Origin: a virus
Lineage: Duplodnaviria > Caudoviricetes
Strand: one strand, 5' to 3'
DNA length: 53,781 nt
IMG/VR virus record: IMGVR_UViG_3300020464_000005
Coordinates: 1 to 53,781 of that record
Part shown: in pieces, positions 46,015 to 53,781 of the stretch
How positions within the stretch are numbered: the stretch's first letter is position 1
How the letters are laid out: each line of letters opens with the position of its first letter
Position numbers and translations under genes: made by a program
Notes under the pieces: generated by a model
Seen by the model: the letters and a program-made list of their open reading frames with translations, nothing else
Told to the model about the DNA's origin: nothing
Database searches by the model: none

Positions 46015-47553
46015 TTATTCTACTGGATAAACAACTTCGGTGTCAAGCCAATTTTTACCTTTTTTTATTTCAATCTCAACAGGCATTAAGTATTTGATTT
46101 TATATCTTTTTTGTAGATCTGCCGCAACACCCAACATAGAAACTTTTAAAATTTCTAAAACATGTAACTCTTCATCAGGATGACAATCTATCACGATTGA
46201 GTCATGCACCGTATTACAAATAAGAGACTTATATGGTTGCAATCTTTTATCTAATTCAACCAAACAACAGGGCAATATATCTGCAGTTGCAAATCCTTGT
46301 ACAGGATAATTACATATAGCAGTACGGTTTGTTGCAGTACCCCAAGTTGTCCACTGTACATCTGGGAAACAATATCTGCGGCCAGAGGGCAACATGATCT
46401 GTTTTGTTTGAACTGCTTCTCGTTGCAACTTATCATGCCACTCTGTTACACCTTCATACTTTGCCTTAAATGCTCTGTAATATTTCTGTTGGTCTGGTGT
46501 GCCTGTTACACCACCGTACAACGGTTTGAACGTATCAGCTTTAGCAGTCTGTCTATCGCAACCAATCACAGATGCAGTATAAGCATGTACATCCACACCA
46601 TCTTTTACATCTTTATATATCTGCGAATCATTTGCCAAAAATCCTGCAACTCTAAACTCCAACTGTGAATAGTCTCCCTCAATAATCGAACCACCCTCGA
46701 ACCTGCTTTCAACCACCTTACGTATACGAAACGTAGATCCACGTGGCATGTTCTGAAAATTTGGGTTTCTTGACGATAGACGACCTGTAGCAGTAATGCA
46801 CTGCATAAACTCTGGATGTATAAAATTATTCTCATCAACATTGTTTTCCATTCCCTCTACAAATGTACTAAGGTATGTACGCAAAGCCGAGTATCTAACA
46901 TACAGTTCAACAAATTCTTTTGCAGCGCCACTAAGTGCTGGCAACATTTCTTCAAGAGTTGTCTTATCTGTTTTAAATCCTGCTTGTGCAACATCCTTTG
47001 TGTTTCTTGGCACAATACGCAACCCTGCAACTTGTTTACTTTGAGAGTAAACTACACCTGTTGCATTACAATTTTTACATAGCCTGTTAGCTTTTCCTAA
47101 TTGTCCGTTCTTTAGTTTGAAACGTACTCTTCCAACACCTTCACATGTACCACACTGATACCCTGTTGTTTTCTTAATCACTTCAGTATTGTTTCGTATT
47201 GTACGAGCAAACAACTCTTTGGACATTTTCTTTCGCATCTTTATCTTACGAGTTGCACCACGCATCTCATGCCCAATATTAAATATCCTTGTCCATGTTT
47301 CTTTGTTGTTTATCTTCCGGGAGTAAAATAACATAGACCTATCATCTGCACTGTTAAGATTAATTGGTGTGTCGCCCATGACATCACTAACAATCTGTTT
47401 CAAACGTTTGTCTATAGTAGTTAGTTCGTGTTCGTATTCATTCCGTATATCATTGAGTGTTTCAAGATTAACTTTTATTCCTGCGTGTTCTATCTTCGCA
47501 AGAACATTCGTCATATCAAGCGACAAACGCAGTGTCGGCAATAGTTTCTTCAT
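46015..47553 (-). CDS. polA: DNA polymerase A, polymerase part with DnaJ-type Zn finger
   Basis: TATGRLSS, DYSQLEFR (A), RQTAKADTFKPLYG (B), VHDS (C); CGTCEGVG and CKNCNATG; GAGGAG 10 nt before ATG 47553. Confidence 0.92.
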   Translation of the reverse strand: MKKLLPTLRLSLDMTNVLAKIEHAGIKVNLETLNDIRNEYEHELTTIDKRLKQIVSDVMGDTPINLNSADDRSMLFYSRKINNKETWTRIFNIGHEMRGATRKIKMRKKMSKELFARTIRNNTEVIKKTTGYQCGTCEGVGRVRFKLKNGQLGKANRLCKNCNATGVVYSQSKQVAGLRIVPRNTKDVAQAGFKTDKTTLEEMLPALSGAAKEFVELYVRYSALRTYLSTFVEGMENNVDENNFIHPEFMQCITATGRLSSRNPNFQNMPRGSTFRIRKVVESRFEGGSIIEGDYSQLEFRVAGFLANDSQIYKDVKDGVDVHAYTASVIGCDRQTAKADTFKPLYGGVTGTPDQQKYYRAFKAKYEGVTEWHDKLQREAVQTKQIMLPSGRRYCFPDVQWTTWGTATNRTAICNYPVQGFATADILPCCLVELDKRLQPYKSLICNTVHDSIVIDCHPDEELHVLEILKVSMLGVAADLQKRYKIKYLMPVEIEIKKGKNWLDTEVVYPVE

Positions 47554-48094
47554 CTCCAAATAACTCCTCAAATGTTGTGCCAAAGGCTTCTAATTGTTTC
47601 AATGCAACTTGTTCAGTTGCTTCAACGTCTGCTATACCATACTCTTCAATTATGTCGTATGGTATATCATAAAATGTTTTACCATCTTTTAAATATCCGT
47701 CAACAAGACTTTTCTTTTTCAATGCACCATAGCGTTCGGCTACGCTCTGTAATCCCAAACTCCAACGTCTTGAAGATGAAAGGATATACTCAGCAACCAT
47801 AGTATCATAAAGGTGATTATTATAGACAAAGCCACAATCACGCAACCAAGTAATGTCGAACTTGATATTGTGACCGATAAGGACATCAACGTTGTCCAAA
47901 GACTCCTGTAATAACTCACCACCCTTGTAGTCTGGTTTGCGAGTAGAATGATTGAAGCATAAGTAAGAGGTAAGGCTACCCATATACTTATAGCCAACGC
48001 TAACGAGCTTGTTGCCGAAATAAGGTAAGGGAGTAAATCCACCATTAGTCTTCTCCTTGTGTGTTGTTTCTACGTCTAGTGTCATGCATATCAT
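47516..48094 (-). CDS. 3'-5' proofreading exonuclease part of PolA (separate ORF)
   Basis: ExoI LDVET, ExoII GHNIKFD, YDTM, ExoIII YGIAD. Confidence 0.88.
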   Translation of the reverse strand: MICMTLDVETTHKEKTNGGFTPLPYFGNKLVSVGYKYMGSLTSYLCFNHSTRKPDYKGGELLQESLDNVDVLIGHNIKFDITWLRDCGFVYNNHLYDTMVAEYILSSSRRWSLGLQSVAERYGALKKKSLVDGYLKDGKTFYDIPYDIIEEYGIADVEATEQVALKQLEAFGTTFEELFGDEETIADTAFVA

Positions 48095-48203
48095 ATTTCT
48101 GTTGCCTTTCTTTCTTTTTGTTGTACTTCTTCTTATCAGGTATCATTCTACGTCTATCACGTGCCATCATAAGAAATCTAGCTATTGGGTTTATCTTCTG
48201 CAT
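48045..48203 (-). CDS. 52-aa basic peptide (NPIA...IPDKKKYNKK)
   Basis: Fills the gap between 48178 and 48094; below ORF-track cutoff. Confidence 0.5.
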   Translation of the reverse strand: MQKINPIARFLMMARDRRRMIPDKKKYNKKKERQQKYDMHDTRRRNNTQGED

Positions 48204-48483
48204 TAATTTTACTGTTATTAATATTGGTAATTACTACATCACTATGTGTTGGATTCATTTGATGCCCAACACCGTGACCTATATCTACTTGCTCCACATG
48301 CCCTTTTAAAAAAACAACTTCACCTATAATATCACGTATAGCCCATTTTTTCATATGTTTTATGTGACCCTCTATAGCTTTATCTAAAGTTTCTCCTTGT
48401 ATATATTCAACTCTACTGGTTGGTTCATCCATTTGAGTATCGTATCTGCCATATGCAGTATAAACAACTGTGTACTTATTCAT
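48178..48483 (-). CDS. Hypothetical protein
   Basis: Coupled to the helicase stop; GGAG SD. Confidence 0.6.
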   Translation of the reverse strand: MNKYTVVYTAYGRYDTQMDEPTSRVEYIQGETLDKAIEGHIKHMKKWAIRDIIGEVVFLKGHVEQVDIGHGVGHQMNPTHSDVVITNINNSKINAEDKPNS

Positions 48484-49712
48484 TAATAATATACTCCATG
48501 TTCGACATCAATGTTACAATTCAACATACCATGCCATCCGTTAATTTTATTTTTTGAAATACAAATGTGTCGCACAACATTCTCAACTTCACTTGATCCT
48601 GTTTTGCCTATGCCTATAATAACATCTGCTTCTCCTGCCTTACCTGTCTTACTATTGTCAAGCATTGCATAGTCAATGAAAGCACGATCATGTGCTTCAT
48701 AGCTTGCTTGAGACACTGCCCACAATAAAAGATTACCACGTTTTGCAACTTCCCTAGCAAGTATATATATTTCTTTTAGTCGTTCATCTCCACGACCAAA
48801 GTCACCTCTTACTTTAAATTTATCCAACTGATCACAGAACATTATGTCAGGCTTGTTCAACTGTGCATAGTCGTTCACCTCTTCGATAGATGTTCCAACT
48901 GAATCCATAATCCGTAAATATGGTTTAATTTCTTTTCTATACAGTTCAATATACTTTTCACGGTCTGTGTTTAGTTCTTGTTTTGTCACATTAAAGTAAC
49001 TTTGTATAATCCGTAGTTTTATGTTTACGGCAGGTTCTTCGTTTGCCCAGTAAACAACTAATCTTTTCTGTCGTATGTAACTAGCACATAAGAACGCACA
49101 AAATGTCGTCTTACCCACCTCTGGTCTGGCAAATATTATCCCAAGATTACCTCGCCACATACCCTGCAGCACATCCCCTATGATGCCCCAATCAAAAGGA
49201 AAGTCAGGTTGTCCAGCACCTTGATCAAGCAACTCTCCAAGATCCATGTCAACTTCAGTATATGTCGTTTTGTTTTCCATACGACCATCTTCAACTGTAT
49301 CCATGATACGTTGCAACTCACCAAAGTCTTCACCTTGTCCTGTAAATATAGATATAGCTTTCTCACCAATAATCCTTGCCCTGTCACGCAACCAAAAGTT
49401 CTTAACAACATCCATCTGTAAGTCGTGGTTGTTTGCATCAGGTGGTAATGACTCAACAACAAGAGATAGTTCTTTCTTCGATGAAGATGGCATGGCAGGA
49501 TGTTTGTCAACGTGCAATGCAAACAGTTCATCTTTTGTCAGATCTTTTTCATAGTTTGTATGTGCGTATGAGATACTTCTGAACAACTCTTTCAGTTGTC
49601 CTGTAAACATTTCTTCGTCTAATATGTTTTTTACTTTGTTAAAAAAGTCATGCTTCAAACAAAAGCCAATGACCTTATGATCAACCGATATGTTTTCTAA
49701 TGATTCGTTCAC
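48483..49712 (-). CDS. DnaB-like (SF4) replicative helicase
   Basis: Walker A ARPEVGKT, NEE, CDQLDK, VSQA, KAGEADVIIGIG, KNK. Confidence 0.9.
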   Translation of the reverse strand: MNESLENISVDHKVIGFCLKHDFFNKVKNILDEEMFTGQLKELFRSISYAHTNYEKDLTKDELFALHVDKHPAMPSSSKKELSLVVESLPPDANNHDLQMDVVKNFWLRDRARIIGEKAISIFTGQGEDFGELQRIMDTVEDGRMENKTTYTEVDMDLGELLDQGAGQPDFPFDWGIIGDVLQGMWRGNLGIIFARPEVGKTTFCAFLCASYIRQKRLVVYWANEEPAVNIKLRIIQSYFNVTKQELNTDREKYIELYRKEIKPYLRIMDSVGTSIEEVNDYAQLNKPDIMFCDQLDKFKVRGDFGRGDERLKEIYILAREVAKRGNLLLWAVSQASYEAHDRAFIDYAMLDNSKTGKAGEADVIIGIGKTGSSEVENVVRHICISKNKINGWHGMLNCNIDVEHGVYY

Positions 49713-50481
49713 GTTCGTTACCCTTTAAAATTTTCAGATCATCTGATAGTATTGCAACTTTGCAGTTCACATAATGTGAAATCTTTTTTGTCATCTCTAT
49801 TGCCTTGACTGTCGCATCTTTGTCAAGTGCAACTATTGCATTTTTATATTTCTTAATAATGTCAACGTGTTGTTGCAACAAACTTGTTCCCATCAATGCA
49901 ATCGATGAAACTTTGTCAGCTATACTACACGCAGATGGACAATCTTCTACGATGAAAATGTTGTCACTATCCTTATGTATGTGAAATCCAAAGTTTGTCT
50001 TTCCGTATCTGTACCACTTTGGTTTTTTGTCAGCCAACGTTCTCCCCATTGCATCAACTACCTTACCTTTGTCCTTTACAAGAAATGTCACTCTATCGAA
50101 ACGAATGTCATACATAATGTCAACACGATTGTCTAAATACGCTTGATACGAATTAACTGAGCGTACATAGTCAACAGCCTTTTGATTACGTGATAAAGGA
50201 ACAAAGGTAGTTGGTAGTTGAAATTCAAAGAAAGGAGTATGTTTTATACTTGACTCTGACTTCTTTTCAAACACCATTCGAGAATTAGTTTTTGTCAGCC
50301 GTTTGCCTGCCACACCTTTGACATCACAGTCAGCATAAAAACAATTATACATTCTCTCATAACCATTGTCAGTCACACTTAACGTGTTCTTCTTATGGCA
50401 CGATGGACAATCCATTCTTAATCGCCCATTGGGTTGCAAAGCCAAATCTTCAATAAATGTTTTCACCCAAGTATAACTCAT
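49681..50481 (-). CDS. DNA primase (Zn finger plus TOPRIM)
   Basis: CPSC...CFYADC, PKWYRY, IVED, ALMGT, ALDKDA, DLK. Confidence 0.88.
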   Translation of the reverse strand: MSYTWVKTFIEDLALQPNGRLRMDCPSCHKKNTLSVTDNGYERMYNCFYADCDVKGVAGKRLTKTNSRMVFEKKSESSIKHTPFFEFQLPTTFVPLSRNQKAVDYVRSVNSYQAYLDNRVDIMYDIRFDRVTFLVKDKGKVVDAMGRTLADKKPKWYRYGKTNFGFHIHKDSDNIFIVEDCPSACSIADKVSSIALMGTSLLQQHVDIIKKYKNAIVALDKDATVKAIEMTKKISHYVNCKVAILSDDLKILKGNERERIIRKHIG

Positions 50482-50490
50482 AGTTACATG

Positions 50491-50568
50491 ATTAGAATAT
50501 AACAAAAAGTATTGTCAAATAATTTTTTTTATTTTTTTTGTTGACAGATAGTTTTTTATACATATTAT
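50491..50568. promoter_or_regulatory. Divergent promoter region (replication leftward, early genes rightward)
   Basis: Rightward TTGACA (50541-46), 16 nt, TATTAT; leftward TTGACA (50518-13) with a weaker -10; A/T tract between. Confidence 0.6.
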
Positions 50569-50612
50569 CATAGTTCAGAGGTTCAACCCAATAGATAAAG
50601 AAAGGTAGGTCT

Positions 50613-51239
50613 ATGACCCAATATTATAGTAAAACTAAACAAGACTATGTAAACATAAATGATATGCACCATCAACACGTATGGTATGCATTTAAAAAAC
50701 TTTGTGATCGTCTAGAAGAATTAGGTATATGTGAACACATATGGGAAGATGATTATGCTTTTTGGAATCAACATAAGTTTGTTCGTAAAGATGTATACGA
50801 ATTAATGTTTGATAAAGCGACACGACAAGATAATACAATTGAACATCTTTTAAATAAGAATAGCAAACTAAAGAAAAATGCTAATTCTAAAATGGTTTTT
50901 AAATTAGAACAAGAAGTATCTAGGTTAAGAAAAGAACTTAAAAGACTAACTAAAACTAATAAAGATATGTATCATTCATATTTTAATCCTCATTTAAAAA
51001 ATAAAGGACATAGATATGTGTTTTCTAATATTCCTAATGATGATAATGGTCGATCACTTGTAAAGACAATGAGGTTTTATTTAAATAAGGACACATACAA
51101 TATGCGTGTGCGTGGTCAATATTTAGATAAGTCTAAATTAGAGAGAGGAGAAAGTTGGAGAACATACGATGATGGTCAACCATTAAGTAAGTCTAAATGT
51201 ATTCGTCTGTATATAGATAAGAAAAGGGAGAGTGCATAA
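50613..51239 (+). CDS. Early hypothetical protein (208 aa)
   Basis: GAAAGG SD; YYSKTK..INDMHHQH N-terminus, coiled-coil middle. Confidence 0.7.
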   Translation: MTQYYSKTKQDYVNINDMHHQHVWYAFKKLCDRLEELGICEHIWEDDYAFWNQHKFVRKDVYELMFDKATRQDNTIEHLLNKNSKLKKNANSKMVFKLEQEVSRLRKELKRLTKTNKDMYHSYFNPHLKNKGHRYVFSNIPNDDNGRSLVKTMRFYLNKDTYNMRVRGQYLDKSKLERGESWRTYDDGQPLSKSKCIRLYIDKKRESA

Positions 51240-51460
51240 TGGCTAGTAAAGACAGATCAACATATAGTAAAATATATATAAATCAAATTCTTGAAGAAAA
51301 CAAAGCCTTTCGTTTGCTTGTTGAGTATACAATTAAAGACTTACAAGATTTAGGATGGGATTATGATCGTATGTCTACGAGTGGTCAACAAACATATGAT
51401 CGTCTATCTAGAATGTATGCAATGAAACTAGAGGGGGAAGATAATGCCGTATCTCAATAA
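51239..51460 (+). CDS. Hypothetical protein
   Basis: Coupled start; WDYDRMSTSGQ. Confidence 0.65.
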   Translation: MASKDRSTYSKIYINQILEENKAFRLLVEYTIKDLQDLGWDYDRMSTSGQQTYDRLSRMYAMKLEGEDNAVSQ

Positions 51461-51641
51461 TCATTTTCATATATATGATCATCAATCGGAAGTATCATTT
51501 CAAATAATTGGTAAATCTAATTTTATGAGATGGTTGAATGATCATGCAAATAATGATAGGTATTCTTTTTTTTCTACCTATACAAAATTAAATTCTTATT
51601 TAAAAAATTTACAAGAAGAAAGGAAAATATATGAGTGCTAG
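51444..51641 (+). CDS. Hypothetical protein
   Basis: GGGGG/GGA SD; overlaps neighbours. Confidence 0.55.
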   Translation: MPYLNNHFHIYDHQSEVSFQIIGKSNFMRWLNDHANNDRYSFFSTYTKLNSYLKNLQEERKIYEC

Positions 51642-51846
51642 GAAAGGAAATAAGAACGCTTTGAAAAATAAGTGGTGTATCATTAAAGGTGTATCTGAAG
51701 ATGGCAAGGTGCAGTATCAAGTATCTGATGACGTTATCGATATGAGAACTATATCATACGACTTTGATACATTTGAAGATGCCGTAGATCGTTTGAAAGA
51801 GATTAAGTTGGCAATACTTAATGGAGATGATTATGCGAGTGTATAG
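51631..51846 (+). CDS. Hypothetical protein
   Basis: GAAAGGA SD; ARKGNKNA N-terminus. Confidence 0.6.
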   Translation: MSARKGNKNALKNKWCIIKGVSEDGKVQYQVSDDVIDMRTISYDFDTFEDAVDRLKEIKLAILNGDDYASV

Positions 51847-52954
51847 TGCTTTCAATGGATACAGTGGTGCTAATGTTGCTCTTGATCGAGCAGATAAAAA
51901 AGTAACTACATACTTGGCAAGTGAAACTGATAAATGGTGTAACGCAGTAACAAGATATAATTATCCTAAGACTGTATTCATAGGTGACATAACTAAAGTC
52001 AATCCAAATAGTATAAAGGACATTGATCTAATGATCGGTGGATCGCCTTGTCAAGACGTATCATTCAGTGGTAAAGGTGAAGGTTTGGTCGAGGGTAAAC
52101 GATCAAATCTATTCTTTACTTGGTTGGATCATTTGAAAACAATCAAGCCAAAATATTTCTTATTAGAAAATGTCAAGATGAAAAAGGAATATGAGAATAT
52201 GATTACTATGGCATTGGGTGTTGCCCCAATGATGATACCATCTAGTCTTGTCAGTGGACAAAAACGAGATCGTTTGTATTGGTTTAATTGGAATTGTGAT
52301 TTGCCCAAAGATAAGAATATATATCTACGAGATGTAGTTGAAGATGGAGCAGTTGATCGAGATAAGTCTTTCTGTATAGATGCAAACTATTGGAAAGGGG
52401 GTAACTTAAAATCATACTTTGTAAAGAACAGACGACAGTTAGTATTTGACGATCACAGATGTATACAAGTTGGTATCGCAGATATAAAAGGATATGATGT
52501 GATTAAACGAGTATATGCACGAGAGGGTAAAGCCCCAACTCTTACAACTATGCAAGGTGGTCACAGAGAACCAAAAGTTGTATGTGGTCAAATGGTTGGT
52601 CGTAAGATCAATCCTAAAACTGGTAAACGAGATGACTACAATCCTAACATCAAAACTGAGCAACGCATTGAGTTGAAAGGTGATGGTAAAACTGGTGCTT
52701 TGACAACTGTACAAAAGGACAATCTTGTTGTCACTGATAAGTATTGGAGAGCATTGACACCACGAGAATGTGAACGCTTACAAACACTAGCAGATGATTA
52801 TACTTTGTTTGGAGATTTTGATGAGTCAAGGTATCCATCTGATGACGACTACGATATAAAAGAAATATCCAAGACACAAAGGTACAAGATGCTTGGCAAT
52901 GGTTTCACAGTAGATGTCATTGCACATATTCTGAGGAGTATGCCAAATGGGTAG
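51833..52954 (+). CDS. C5-cytosine DNA methyltransferase
   Basis: SAFNG (I), GGSPCQ (IV), LENV (VI), QKRDRLYW (VIII), LTPRECERLQ (IX), LGNG (X). Confidence 0.92.
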   Translation: MRVYSAFNGYSGANVALDRADKKVTTYLASETDKWCNAVTRYNYPKTVFIGDITKVNPNSIKDIDLMIGGSPCQDVSFSGKGEGLVEGKRSNLFFTWLDHLKTIKPKYFLLENVKMKKEYENMITMALGVAPMMIPSSLVSGQKRDRLYWFNWNCDLPKDKNIYLRDVVEDGAVDRDKSFCIDANYWKGGNLKSYFVKNRRQLVFDDHRCIQVGIADIKGYDVIKRVYAREGKAPTLTTMQGGHREPKVVCGQMVGRKINPKTGKRDDYNPNIKTEQRIELKGDGKTGALTTVQKDNLVVTDKYWRALTPRECERLQTLADDYTLFGDFDESRYPSDDDYDIKEISKTQRYKMLGNGFTVDVIAHILRSMPNG

Positions 52955-53150
52955 ACCTAAAAAATTTAAAGAAGATGTCAAGATGTACAACATAGCATTG
53001 TCAGTGGATATGTTCAAAAAGTTGTCAGCTATATCTTTACAAGAAACACAAAATAGTTTAGAACATATAAGTATAGCCGATCTTATTAGATCAAGTATTG
53101 AAGTATTTGTTGAATGTTATGAAAAGGAGAATGTCAATGGGAAGAGTTAA
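52947..53150 (+). CDS. Putative ribbon-helix-helix DNA-binding protein
   Basis: MGRPKK, YNIAL strand, SIADLIRSSI helix. Confidence 0.55.
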   Translation: MGRPKKFKEDVKMYNIALSVDMFKKLSAISLQETQNSLEHISIADLIRSSIEVFVECYEKENVNGKS

Positions 53151-53349
53151 AGATATGTGTATGGATATGGAAGAAAAGTATATTGATCTGTCCATAGATA
53201 ATGTCAGTGATTGTGAGCATATAGAAGAGTATTTCAAAAAAATGTCAGCCCATTCGTCTTTAATCGATTGGAGAGATGATTGGAAAGAATGGTCGCACGA
53301 AATTTTGACTGATAACTGGAATGAATATTGGTCGAAATATAATCCTTAA
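53137..53349 (+). CDS. Acidic, Trp-rich early protein
   Basis: AAGGAG SD; MGRVKD..WNEYWSKY. Confidence 0.65.
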   Translation: MGRVKDMCMDMEEKYIDLSIDNVSDCEHIEEYFKKMSAHSSLIDWRDDWKEWSHEILTDNWNEYWSKYNP

Positions 53350-53387
53350 AAGAATTTTTTTATCCTTTCGCTTTTAGGGATTTACTT

Positions 53388-53424
53388 AATAGGGTTATAG
53401 AAAAATCTATAGCCCTATTTTTTT
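53388..53424 (+). terminator. Intrinsic terminator
   Basis: AATAGGGTTATAGA-AAAA-TCTATAGCCCTATT followed by a T run. Confidence 0.85.
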
Positions 53425-53426
53425 AT

Positions 53427-53454
53427 TTGACTATCTAAATGAATGTGATATTTA
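53427..53454 (+). promoter_or_regulatory. Possible promoter feeding the structured leader
   Basis: TTGACT, 16 nt, (TGA)TATTTA; the -10 is imperfect. Confidence 0.4.
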
Positions 53455-53460
53455 AGATAG

Positions 53461-53550
53461 GACAAGAGCAGTTATGTTAAAAGATCGTATGGGGTTGCTC
53501 TTGAGTTTACCTCCTATAAACTGATGTTAAGCCCCATACGATCGCCATTA
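53461..53550 (+). ncRNA. Structured RNA/leader with pseudoknot and CCUCCU-loop hairpin
   Basis: Three stems: 53463-70/53496-503, 53483-94/53532-43, 53504-09/53517-22. Confidence 0.55.
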
Positions 53551-53781
53551 AAATGAAAGGATTTAAAATGGTTAAAATAGTATCAGACGAGTTGATCACT
53601 CAGATAAATGATCAATTAAAAACTGTAGTTGAAGATGCAGTAAAAAATCATATTCAAAACATGGATTGGTCACATGAACTAGATATATATGGTTTAGTTC
53701 AAGATGAACTTTCACAAATGGATATGTTGGATTACATGGATACATCTACACTTGAAGATAAGATTGGTGATCAAGTAGATC
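53527..53781. repeat. Right copy of imperfect terminal repeat, containing a partial second allele of the first gene (ATG 53568)
   Basis: Aligns without gaps to 1-255. Confidence 0.95.

Noticed and set aside
53521-53560. Hammerhead or pistol ribozyme call (CTGATG...GAAA; TTAAGCCC)
   Set aside because: The hammerhead core needs CUGAnGA but this reads CUGAUGU, and pistol P3 and its cleavage junction are missing; left as an unassigned structure.
1-53781. tRNA genes, RNA polymerase, introns/inteins, alternative genetic code
   Set aside because: No cloverleaf seen in intergenic gaps; TerL, RNR and helicase are of normal length; long ORFs are intact under the standard code.

Overview
This window looks like an essentially complete, AT-rich, circularly permuted ~53.5 kb tailed phage genome with podovirus-type organisation; no RNA polymerase, tRNA or CRISPR array was seen. 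The first 255 nt recur, with 20 mismatches, at the right end. There are three blocks. (1) Small early genes on + (50613-53781, wrapping to 1-2588), including a C5 DNA methyltransferase and a DUF932 protein. (2) A late block on + (3235-40073): terminase, portal, scaffold, capsid, 2OG-Fe(II) oxygenase, basic peptides, lysis, tail and internal virion proteins. (3) A replication block on - (40183-50481): primase, DnaB-like helicase, a family A DNA polymerase with a DnaJ-type Zn finger split into two ORFs, an SSB-like protein, a Cas4-like nuclease, endonuclease I, DUF3310 and a class II RNR. The DnaJ-type PolA with class II RNR suggests a relative of marine HMO-2011-like podoviruses of Alphaproteobacteria (inference). 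The best leads are: a recurring [MFY]-x-x-G-G motif in basic peptides and a virion hydrolase, next to a Cys/His-containing candidate maturation protease; a tyrosine-recombinase-fold protein between TerL and portal; several unannotated structured RNAs (a pseudoknot leader, a promoter-to-terminator sRNA, anti-SD loop hairpins, a tandem scaffold leader); and an ATA start codon on the SSB-like gene. All product calls come from motif recognition by eye, not database searches.
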